From Octopus sinensis (taxonomy: Eukaryota), in the NCBI RefSeq assembly GCF_006345805.1, contig NC_043014.1:35588001-35652000 (forward strand): 64,000 nt of DNA, in the 5' to 3' direction. Positions 12,911 through 22,818 of this stretch are shown piece by piece. Numbering within the stretch: the stretch's first letter is position 1; every line of letters starts with the position of its first letter. The notes below the pieces were generated by a model. That model ran no database searches and had not been told where the DNA came from. It saw only the letters and a list, made by a program, of their open reading frames with translations. A program made the position numbers and the translations under genes.

Positions 12911-13331
12911 ATATTTATTTCTTTACTACCCACAAGGGGCTAAACACAGAGGGGACAAACAAGGACAGACAAACGGATTAAGCCGATTACATCGACCCCA
13001 GTGCGTAACTGGTACTTAATTTACCGACCACGAAAGGATGAAAGCCAAAGTCAACCTCGGCGGAATTTGAACTCAGAACGTATTGGCAGACGAAATACCT
13101 ATTTCTTTACTACCCACAAGGGGCTACACACATAGGGGACAAACAAGGACAGACAAACGGATTAAGTCGATCATATCGACCCCAGTGCGTAACTGTACTT
13201 ATTTAATCGACCCCGAAAGGATGAAAGGCAAAGTCGACCTCGGCGGAATTTGAACTCAGAACGTAGCGGCAGACGATATACCGCGAAGCATTTCGCCCGG
13301 CGTGCTAACGGTTCTGCCAGCTCGCCGCCCT
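12911..13331 (-). mobile_element. SINE family B dimer with a 15-bp TSD
   Basis: Units start at 12916 and 13100 (184-bp period) with a single head at 13290-13331; atatcattatactat at 12896-12910 and 13332-13346. Confidence 0.92.
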
Positions 13332-13651
13332 ATATCATTATACTATTTATTACCTTCCGATGCGACTCGGTGTTGCGTAAACAGTATGCTCTGTCATCCT
13401 TACTGAAAACTGGGTCGTGGAAAATATAGAAAACATTTCCGATGTTAAATATATACAATTCAAGAAAAGAAACCTTAGTGGAACATTCATTTCAAAATGA
13501 CTAAATGCAAATAAAACATAACAAGTGTAATAGAGTTGTTGTTTCAGATGCAACAGTAAAAAATATGTTTACTTACAGATGTTAACGTCACTGCTATTGA
13601 AAATATTTGTGTCAAAAGTAGCGGGAAAGAGAATATTCATTGGAAAACAAC

Positions 13652-13795
13652 AGGGGCAATCGTGGCTGTGTGGTTATGAAGCTCACTTTGCAACCATGTG
13701 GTTTGGGGCTCAGTCCATTTGCATGGCTTTGTGAGTAAGTGTCTTCTACTGTAGTCCGTGTGTGTGTGTGTGTGTGCGTGTGTGTGTAAGTGTGT

Positions 13796-13839
<44 letters not shown>

Positions 13840-14045
13840 TGTGTGTGTAAGTGTGTGTGTTTTATGCCTATGCTTGTTCCCCTACCACCGCTTAACAACC
13901 GGTCATTTAGAAGCTCTACAAAAGGAACTGATGGAACAAGTATTAGATTTAACAGATAACGAAGTACTGGGGTCAATTAGTAAAACTCTGCAATTCGGTG
14001 CTCCATTTTCGCCGCTTTCCAATGACTAAAACGCGTAAAAGATAA
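13652..14045 (+). mobile_element. Old SINE family A copy
   Basis: gtggctgtgtggttatgaagctc head, (TG)n, accgcttaacaaccgg, and a decayed tail ggtgctcca..aatgactaaaac. Confidence 0.7.
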
Positions 14046-14125
14046 ACAATTGACTAGAAATTTACATCTTCTCAATCCAGATTATATATTTACATTTGTA
14101 CTTATTTGATATGTCTAAATGTAAA

Positions 14126-14378
14126 GGGGCTAAACACAGAGGGGACAAACAAGGACAGACAAACGGATTAAGTCGATTACATCGACCCCAGTGCGTAACT
14201 GGTACTTAATTTATCGACCCCGAAAGGATGAAAGCAAAGTCGACCTCGGCGGAATTTGAACTCAGAACGTAACGGCATACGAAATACCGCGAAGCATTTC
14301 GCCCGGCGTGCTAACGGTTCTGCGAGCTCGCCGCCCTATATCATTATACTATTTATTACCTTCCGATGCGACTCGGTG
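14126..14378 (-). mobile_element. SINE family B copy carrying 46 bp of flank from the 13330 locus
   Basis: ctatatcattatactatttattaccttccgatgcgactcggtgttg follows the head both here and at 13330-13375; the insert is bounded by a ~29-bp direct repeat (14097-14125, 14380-14408). Confidence 0.88.
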
Positions 14379-14412
14379 TTGTACTTATTTGATATGTCTA
14401 AATGTAAATAGC

Positions 14413-14714
14413 GGAGGCAGATGGTCTTGTGGTTAGAGCAGCGGATTCACGGTCGAGGGATCGCGTGTTCGAATCTCAGACCGAGCGATGTGTGTGTGTT
14501 TATGAGCGAAACACCTAAGCTCCACGCGGCTCCGACAGAAGGTAATGGCGAACTTCTGCTGACTCTTTCGTCACAACTTTCTCTCACTCTTTCCTCCTGC
14601 ATCTTGCAGCTCACCTGCGACGGACCGGCGTTCAGTCCAGTTGGGGAACCTATACGCCAAGGAAACCGGGAAACCGGCCCTTATGAGCCAGGCAGGGCTC
14701 GAGAAGGAATAAAC
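14413..14714 (+). mobile_element. SINE family C (tRNA-derived head) with a 13-bp TSD
   Basis: ggaggcagatggtcttgtggttagagcagcggattcacggtcgagggatcgcgtgttcgaatctc (A and B boxes); aaat(g/a)taaatagc at 14400-14412 and 14715-14727; related copy at 46075. Confidence 0.82.
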
Positions 14715-15559
14715 AAATATAAATAGCAATTACGAAAAGCGGGACATTTGAGGCGAAGAAAACAACCAGATAATACTTCTACAAATTGAATGTATAAGAG
14801 ACTTGAAAACAGTTTGCATGTACAAATGCATTCAATCGTCAATTTTGTGTACTGGACGCCAGCAGGTTTCAGGGAAGAATGCGCACCGCTTCGGGACCTT
14901 CCTCTCGACAGAGAGACAATAGGGTATATGTCTCTCTGTACTAGAACACCACTATGTTGCCTGGAATACACCGGCATATTATCTTCCTCTTGATAGTTTT
15001 GCAATGCACTGCTATCGACCTCACTTAGATCTCTTGTCTACCAAATCGAATGACTAGTAACCATTTTCGGAACACCAGCACCATTGAAATTGTGGAGTCG
15101 TGCAAACTTGACTTACCATATAGGCAAATACGTACCTTCCTCACACCGACACATCACCTCCCCAACCAGGTTTCATCGTTCCTCTTCAGCCGTATCCATT
15201 GGCTAGCTCTCTCAGCTGTTGACTGGATTTCAAAATGGCGTTTGTTTGACGATGAGTGACGCCGATTAATACCAGCCGCCATCACAGTCTGCATCCAATA
15301 AAAATATCCACATCCAACTTTTACAGGAAAGTGTATTTGACTCCATCAAGCATTTTTGCAATCTCCTCGTCTTTCCTAAATTAAGCAGCATCAATATTGT
15401 TTTCAATTGGAATAGCTAATTCTAAAAAAATATGCTTCTTATTATCCTAAATTTCAACGATGAAGCATTTTTTTTTCTTTGTTAATATCCAACCCTTTCT
15501 TTATCGGAAGAATTCAAAGAATTAATTATAAAGACAAAACATTGTGTAGATAACATAAA

Positions 15560-15694
15560 TACATATTAACTCGCACACATGCATATATGTACATATATAT
15601 ACATATGCATACATACATACATACATACATACACACATTGCACACATACATACATACATACATACATACATCCATACATACACACATACATACA

Positions 15695-15728
<34 letters not shown>

Positions 15729-16174
15729 CATCCATACATACATACAAACATACATACATATATACATACATACATACATACATACATACACACATACATA
15801 CATACATACATACATTACATCCATACATATATACATACAAACATACATACATACATACATACATACATGCATTGCACACATGCATACATACATACATACA
15901 TACATACAAACATTGCACACATGCATACATACATACATACATACATACATACACAAATTGCACACATACATACATACATACATACATACATACACACACA
16001 TACATACATACATACACACATTGCACACACACATACATACATACATACATACATACATACACACACATACATACATACATACATACATACATACATACAC
16101 ACATTGCACACACACATACATACATACATACATACATACACACATATGTACATACATACATACATACATACATC

Positions 16175-16206
<32 letters not shown>

Positions 16207-16215
16207 CATACATTT
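15560..16215. repeat. Long (TACA)n array with periodic cacattgca interruptions
   Basis: Directly visible; source of the spurious MYVC and HTYI ORFs. Confidence 0.95.
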
Positions 16216-16444
16216 TACGAGGCCGTAATAATTTGCTTATTATACATCTTAATTCCGCCTGTATATATTCCCCTTTCTTACTTCATGTTTTCAATTTATT
16301 TTTCTCTCTTTCTTTATAACCTTATTTATTCATTTATTTATATATTTGTTTATTTCTTTATCTATTTATTTATTTATTTATTTATTTGTTTGTTTATTTC
16401 CACTGTCCCACTTCCCTCATTCACTTCTCGTTCTTTGTTTTTTT

Positions 16445-16544
16445 NNNNNNNNNNNNNNNNNNNNNNNNNNNNNNNNNNNNNNNNNNNNNNNNNNNNNNNN
16501 NNNNNNNNNNNNNNNNNNNNNNNNNNNNNNNNNNNNNNNNNNNN
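16445..16544. other. Assembly gap (100 N)
   Basis: Run of N; flanks need not be contiguous or correctly spaced. Confidence 0.99.
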
Positions 16545-16589
16545 GAAGTAGAAGTAAAGGAAAAGAAGAGAAAGATGAGGTTGGTGATA

Positions 16590-16685
16590 ATGATGATGAA
16601 GAAGAAGGAGGAGGAGGAGGAGGAGGAAGAGAGAAGAAGAAGAAGAATAAGAAGAAGAAGAAGAAGAAGAAAGAGAGAAGAGAAA
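16590..16685. repeat. (GAG)n/(GAA)n microsatellite
   Basis: Directly visible. Confidence 0.95.
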
Positions 16686-17060
16686 ATAATTGGCTAGATA
16701 GTAGATTTAAAAACAATTAAATGAGTGTATATGTAATTATCACGAGCGAGTGGGGGAAAGAGAGGGAAGGGTGTGCACGAGCGTGTCAATGTATGTGTAT
16801 GTGTGTTGGTTGTGTGTGTGTGGTGTGTGGTGGTGTTGTATGTATATGCGAGATAGACAGGAAAGGAAAGTAACAGGAGGGGGAGCAAGATATATAGACT
16901 AGCAGTAGGTATGCACAAGCGCAAATACATATGCTGGCAAAAGACATTCACACGTGCACACATGCTTTCTCATCATACCAGCGACAGCAGATCCACATTT
17001 ACACCTGTGCTAGACCTTGCCATTTGGTGTGTTGAAGGCGTTAATAATATTCATTGCAAA

Positions 17061-17293
17061 AAGGCGGCGAGCTGGCAGAAATGTTAGCACGCCGGGCGAA
17101 ATACTTAGCCGTATTTCATCTGTCGTTACGTTCCGAGTTCAAATTCCGCCAAGGTCGACTTTGCCTTTCATCCTTTCGGGGTCGATAAATTAAGTACCAG
17201 TTACGCACTGGGGTCGATGTAATCGACTTAATCCCTTTATCTGTCCTTGTTTGTCCCCTCTATGTTTAGCCCCTTGTGGGTAGTAAAGAAATA
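17061..17293 (+). mobile_element. SINE family B monomer with a 16-bp TSD
   Basis: Full element; aataatattcat(t/c)gca at 17043-17058 and 17294-17309. Confidence 0.93.
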
Positions 17294-17803
17294 AATAATA
17301 TTCATCGCAGACAGAAAATATTAGTCCAATGCAGAGTATATGTACATATGGAAAGGTGTATTAGTGTGTGTGTGAGTGTGTGTGTGTGTGTGTGTGTGTA
17401 TTTATGCATCTATTTGCACATGCTTGTGCGTGTATTTGCGTGTCTGTGAATAAGTATATACGTGTCATTCTAAGGATCAACCTTTCTTTTATACGTCTTG
17501 TTAAATATTAAAACACGGTGAAGATTCAACGTCTTTCATTAATATTCCAATATTTCAATATTTCTTTGTTACGTTATGAGTCTCATTTTGTTTGGAATGG
17601 TAATGCTACAAGTTTCATTGATAATCGATAATTCTAGACTTCCACGGTTATATTGTCTGGATGGAGTGGTTGGTTATTGATAGCATGTGTTGTAGAGACT
17701 ACAGATACATAGATATGTACATATACATTCAAACATATGCATTATATATGTGTGTGTGGAGAGAGAGGGGGGAGAGTGCTAGGGAGAGAGAGAGAGAGAG
17801 AGA

Positions 17804-17905
17804 GCTGTGTGGTGAAGAAGCTTGCGCTGCATCTGCGCGTTTTCTGGTTCAATCCCATTGCACCGCCACCTTGGAAAAGGGACTTCTACTAAAAATTCAG
17901 GCCAA
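17804..17905 (+). mobile_element. Decayed SINE family A head
   Basis: gctgtgtggtgaagaagcttgc..ggttcaatcccattgcacc..caccttgg. Confidence 0.55.
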
Positions 17906-18287
17906 CAAATATCTTAGGGAATTTGGTAAAAAGAAAACGGTATGGAAACTAATCATGTATGTACGTATATATTTGTAAATAAATATGTGTGTGTGTGTAT
18001 ATGTACAGACGTCGAGATATGTGTGTATGTGTGTGTGTGTCCATGTGTGTATGTGTTTGTGTGTGTGCATGTGAATGGATGTTAAATTCGGCTATTAATA
18101 CACAGTTAATTCGTATTAAACTGTAAATACTAGTAAGTATGGGGACATTTTTTAGTGAAGGATAGAGTTAAATTCCTAATAAAATTTGCATTGACTAGGA
18201 CCATAAGTCTCGCCTAACGCTATATTCACCCTATGAATATATATATAATTATATATATATATATATATATACCTACACACACACACG

Positions 18288-18324
<37 letters not shown>

Positions 18325-18328
<4 letters not shown>

Positions 18329-18491
18329 CGGGCTTTTTTCAGTTTCCATCTACCAAATCCACTCACAGGGTTTTGGTCGGCCCGAGGCTATAGTAGAAAA
18401 CGCACTTGCCAAGGGTGGCATGGAGCGGGACTGAAACCGGAACTGTGTGACCGGGAAGCAAACTTGTTACCACACAGCCCCGCCTGCGCCT
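18325..18491 (-). mobile_element. SINE family A, 5' half
   Basis: acgacgggc..cagtttccatctaccaaatccactcac..ccacacagccccgcctgcgcct. Confidence 0.85.
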
Positions 18492-18845
18492 ATACACGCT
18501 GCCACGCCTATGTGTGTGTGTGCATGTATACACACACACATATACACACATACCACACACACACATATACACACATACACACACACACATATACACACAT
18601 ACACACCATCACATATACACACATACATACATTCAGTCGTACGTATATATTACGTATATTTGTAGAGTGTGTATATGCATGTACATATGTATTAATATCT
18701 GTATGTATAACGGTTGGTCACAGCTGTATTGCTTTTGGTTATAGGTCTGCGTAATCGGGGCTCAACTGGGGCTAAACAACAACGGCGAAATTTCCAGATT
18801 TCAATACATACATACATATATACATATGATATGTATGTATGTATG

Positions 18846-18919
<74 letters not shown>

Positions 18920-19003
18920 CTATAATATGTATTTATATATATATATCACACACACACACACGCACATATTTATATATATATATGTATATATATAATATAT
19001 ATA

Positions 19004-19038
<35 letters not shown>

Positions 19039-19656
19039 TGTATATATATATATATATAGACATATAGATACACACATTCCTTTGTATCCCTCGTCCAACT
19101 TTTATCTTAACATCTCACTCACACACATTCTTCCCCCCCCCCCATTTTGTATCTCTGTCTCAATCTTTCCGTTTCTCTCCTCATTTCCCCGCTCCTACTC
19201 TACTGCACCTCAGTCTCTCTCTCTCTCTCTTTCTCTGTCTGTTTGCCTGTCTGTATGTCTGTCTGTCTGGTTCTCTCTCTCTCTCTTTCCCTCTCTCTCT
19301 CTCAGCGTCTTGCTCGCTTGCTCTCCCACTAAGAATATTTTAATATGTAACAGATTCGTTAAATCGGGTGTAAAACTGAAATAATAAAACGGAGTTAAGC
19401 AAATTATACCATTTGGAAAGCACTCACCAAGCTGTTGGCTTTGAAGCTGTGTGTGTGCGTGTGTGTGCGTGCTTGCGCGCGTGCTCGCGTGTGCGTGTGT
19501 GTATGTGCACGAGCGAGTGCGTGCGTGAGACCGCGTGTAAGTATATATTATATCCAGTCATCCAACAATCCATGCATCCATCCATCCATCTTATTTCTCC
19601 ATTCATCCATCTATCCATCCATGCGTATGTATATTATATATATATTGTGTATATAT

Positions 19657-19724
<68 letters not shown>

Positions 19725-19789
19725 TATATATTATATATATATATATATTATATATATTAATGTATATATATATATATATATATATATAC

Positions 19790-19995
19790 ATGTGATCTCT
19801 TGAGCACCACCAGCAAAAATATTTTTTCGTCTGTCTTTCCTTCTTGGATCTTTCCTTCTCCTTGTTTCCGACGAAGAGCTCCGCTCGAAATGTTAAACCC
19901 TGCTTCCCTTCTTTCCTGAGCGTCAATAATATTTAATTGTTCCACGTCCTCGCGTTGCTGTTTTTTTCTCTTTTTTTCTGTTTTCTGTTTTTTGT
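19790..19995 (+). mobile_element. Short TA-flanked element, Penelope-like terminal-repeat fragment
   Basis: Carries a hammerhead-like motif followed by cc(t)gagcgtcaa..taat..ttgtt, shared with 33000-33190 (+) and 29255-29480 (-); (TA)n on both sides. The PLE assignment is inference. Confidence 0.5.
19864..19898 (+). ncRNA. Minimal type I hammerhead-like motif, variant core CCGACGAA
   Basis: gttt-CCGACGAA-gagc-tcc-gctc-GAAA-tgt-T-aaac; stem I gttt/aaac, stem II gagc/gctc; stem III has C>T relative to ACGT. Confidence 0.5.
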
Positions 19996-20005
19996 TTGGA
20001 TTAAC

Positions 20006-20036
<31 letters not shown>

Positions 20037-20102
20037 GTTATATTTCGGGATGTTAATAAACGTATATGTGTATTATATATATATATATTATATTATATAT
20101 AT

Positions 20103-20151
<49 letters not shown>

Positions 20152-20277
20152 ATATATATATTAATATATATATATATATATTTATAATATATATATATTA
20201 TATTATATATTATTTATATATTAGATTATATATATCAGAAGCGAAATTGTCTGCAAAGCGAATATAAGTGATAGTAC

Positions 20278-20470
20278 AACAAGTCACTGTATTTGAGAAG
20301 AATATTTTCGCTTTTGATGTAGTATTTGCAACTAGAACATACTCGCGAATACACGTGTTAAAACGCACGTGTGTTACTTCCCGAAATCGAAGTGAATTTT
20401 ATTCTTCGTCTGTGAATCAACAAGACACAGTATTTTTGAGAAGGATATTTTCGTTTTGATGTATATCTGC
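20278..20470. repeat. Imperfect ~52-bp direct repeat, 140 bp apart
   Basis: caacaagtcactgtatttgagaagaatattttcgcttttgatgta versus caacaagacacagtatttttgagaaggatattttcgttttgatgta. Confidence 0.75.
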
Positions 20471-20699
20471 GTGTTCTGAAAAAAGCCTCTGAAAAATTGC
20501 TGCTTAATACCAAATCGCTTAGGAAAATATAGAAAGTATCGTGAAACTGTTGCATGTGCTAAATCGAAACTCAAACCCCTTTTGTTTACAAAGTGCGCTT
20601 GGGGAGGAATATAAAAGGTCTGTCTTGTCTATCTATCTTCCTTTCTTATAAAAAGGAATCACGTAAGTACTCTCTGTCAGCCGGTAAGGTAAGATATTA

Positions 20700-21000
20700 T
20701 TTATCTTGTTATCATTAGTGTTCTTTCAAACAGAAAATAATTAAAAAACAAAAAAGATATAAAAATATAAAAATACGCGGTATTCTATCTTTATAATCTT
20801 TATAATTTCGTGCCTGCCACGCACTCTCTTTCTCTTTTTTACATTTCTATTTCTATCTCTCTCATACATTTTTATTATTTGTTATCATTAGTGTTCTTTC
20901 AAACAGAAAATAATAATTAAAAAGATATAAAATACGCGCTATTCTATCTTTATAATCTCTCCCTCTCTTTCTTACATTTCTATTTCTATCTCTCTCATAC
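20700..21000. repeat. Imperfect ~175-bp tandem duplication
   Basis: ttgttatcattagtgttctttcaaacagaaaataa..tattctatctttataatct..catttctatttctatctctctcatac occurs twice. Confidence 0.8.
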
Positions 21001-21950
21001 TGTTTATACCTTATCTGTCTCCCCATCCACCAGACCCTCTATTTCCGCTCTCACTCTCCCCTCCTCCCTCTCTCCCTCTGCAATCGTTTCTCTTTCTGCA
21101 TCTCTCTCAGATCAACTTTCTCTCACCTCACCCCCTCTCTCAGTTCCTCAACTTCACTCATTCTCTCTTGTATCTATATACCGCCCTCTTTCTCTCTCTC
21201 TCTCTGTTACTCCCCCTCCCTCTCTCTGCCTCTTTCCTCTCCGCTCCTTCACAGGTCAAACCCCTTTCCTCTTCCCCTTCTGTCCCCTTATTTCTTTCTC
21301 TACACCACCCTCCCTGTCCCTTACTACACTCTGTTGCGCCCCCTCTCTTCCTCTTCCCCCCTTTTTTCTTCCTACCTTCCTCTCCCTGTTCCCTCTAAGG
21401 CTCACCACCCCCCTGTCTCTTTTTTCCTCTCTCTGTCTCCTTCCTCCACACCACCCTCTCTGTCCCTTTACTTCACTCCCTGGTACCTCTATCCTGCCCT
21501 CTCTCTCTCTCCCTCTCCATTTCATCTCTCTCTTCCTCTCCATTTTTTCCCTCTCTGTCTCCTTCCTCCACACCACCCTCTCTGTCCCTTTACTTCACTC
21601 CCTGGTACCTCTATCCTGCCCTCTCTCTCTCTCCCTCTCCATTTCATCTCTCTCTTCCTCTCCATTTTATCTCTCCGCCTTTCTTCTCCCTGCCCCCCCT
21701 AGGGTCCACCCTCTTGTCTCACTTTTCCACCCTGTCCCTTTCTACTACACCTCTATCCCGCTCACTCTCCCCCTGCTGACCTGCCATTCTCTCACCTTTC
21801 TCTTTTTTCCCTCTTATTTTCTCTCTTTCTCTCTTCTCTCAGGAAAATCCCCTCGTCTCTCTCTCTATCCCCCCCTGGCTTTTCTCCTTTCTCTTCTCCC
21901 TCTCCATATCTCTCCTTCTCTATCTCTCTCTCTCTGTTCCTATATTTCAC
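21000..21950 (+). repeat. ~950-bp polypyrimidine (CT-rich) tract containing a 122-bp tandem duplication
   Basis: Almost purely C/T on the + strand; the unit starting ctctctgtctccttcctccacaccacc at 21429 recurs at 21551. Confidence 0.9.
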
Positions 21951-21959
21951 TAGAAGAAA

Positions 21960-22757
21960 ATGGCAAGAAACTGGTCTGCGAGAGAGGTGCAATTGTTCGT
22001 CCGCGCTTGGAAGATCGCTGAGGACGACTCGCCGAACGAAATTATTGCTGCGGCGCTGAAAAGCAACAATTTTTCGAGAACCACCGCCCAGATAGAGCGA
22101 AAGAAGAGAGAAGTTATCCGTTCGTACGCTCTAATCAGGCAACATATGGACACCCTGGACATCATCCTGGGAGGTGACGGCAGCAGGGAGGGCCAAAAGG
22201 ATGAGGAAAGCATCCAGAGCCAAATGGAGAAGCCTGGAACAAAGGGAAACGATGACACATGTCCAGCTTCCAACACCACAACTGAAGACCAAAGAGGTGC
22301 GATGGCCGCAAGAAAGGAAAGGCACCCTGGAATTGATGGGAAGCAGGAGGTAAAGGGTGACAGAATCAAGGCTAAAGGAAGCCCTGTCCAGAGAAAGCAG
22401 AGGGACCCCAGCAAAAACTGTAAGGGCAGGGAAAGAAACACCTGCAAAAACACCTGCAAATTCTACCTGAGGGGGGACTGCTGGTACGGCGTTGAAGGTG
22501 CAAACTGTCGCTTTGCACATCGGAGGCCCTACCAAAACCGCACGGACGCGAGACAGAGGTCCCTCCCTCAGGGAGAACAAAAACAAAAACAAAAAGTTAA
22601 AAGAAGGGAAAAAAGCGCACTGACCACTACTGAAAGACGGTATGCAGATGTGGTGCGCGGAAACCCAACAGGTGGCCAGCTTCACCCAGATGTGAGAAAG
22701 GCGGCAGCTGAACAGCAGTCTTTTTTGTGCATGGCACAAAAATTGTTCAGCAGCTGA
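21960..22757 (+). CDS. LINE ORF1: trihelix Myb/SANT-like N-terminus plus CCCH zinc finger (265 aa as read)
   Basis: RNWSAREVQLFVRAW..IAAALKSNNFSRTTAQIERK..MDTLDIILG; CKFYLRGDCWYGVEGANCRFAH (C-x7-C-x8-C-x3-H). Another frame gives a Q/P-rich extension ending at 22873, suggesting a frameshift near 22748. Confidence 0.75.
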   Translation: MARNWSAREVQLFVRAWKIAEDDSPNEIIAAALKSNNFSRTTAQIERKKREVIRSYALIRQHMDTLDIILGGDGSREGQKDEESIQSQMEKPGTKGNDDTCPASNTTTEDQRGAMAARKERHPGIDGKQEVKGDRIKAKGSPVQRKQRDPSKNCKGRERNTCKNTCKFYLRGDCWYGVEGANCRFAHRRPYQNRTDARQRSLPQGEQKQKQKVKRREKSALTTTERRYADVVRGNPTGGQLHPDVRKAAAEQQSFLCMAQKLFSS

Positions 22758-22818
22758 CCTGGCTACAAGCACAAAGCTGGAACTACCACCACATAAGGCC
22801 ACCTCCAACAGATGCAGG

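Noticed and set aside
14413-14490. tRNA genes at SINE heads (also 46075, 26906, 27682)
   Set aside because: A and B boxes are present, but I see no complete acceptor stem, and each runs into a SINE body.
15233-15242. YY1-like caaaatggcg with nearby donor-like sites as a promoter or first exon
   Set aside because: Short motifs expected by chance; no coherent exon structure.
15522-16551. Long ORFs (up to 246 aa) of MYVC, HTYI, YI or CV repeats here and throughout the window
   Set aside because: They are translations of TACA, TA and CA microsatellites, which lack stops in some frames.
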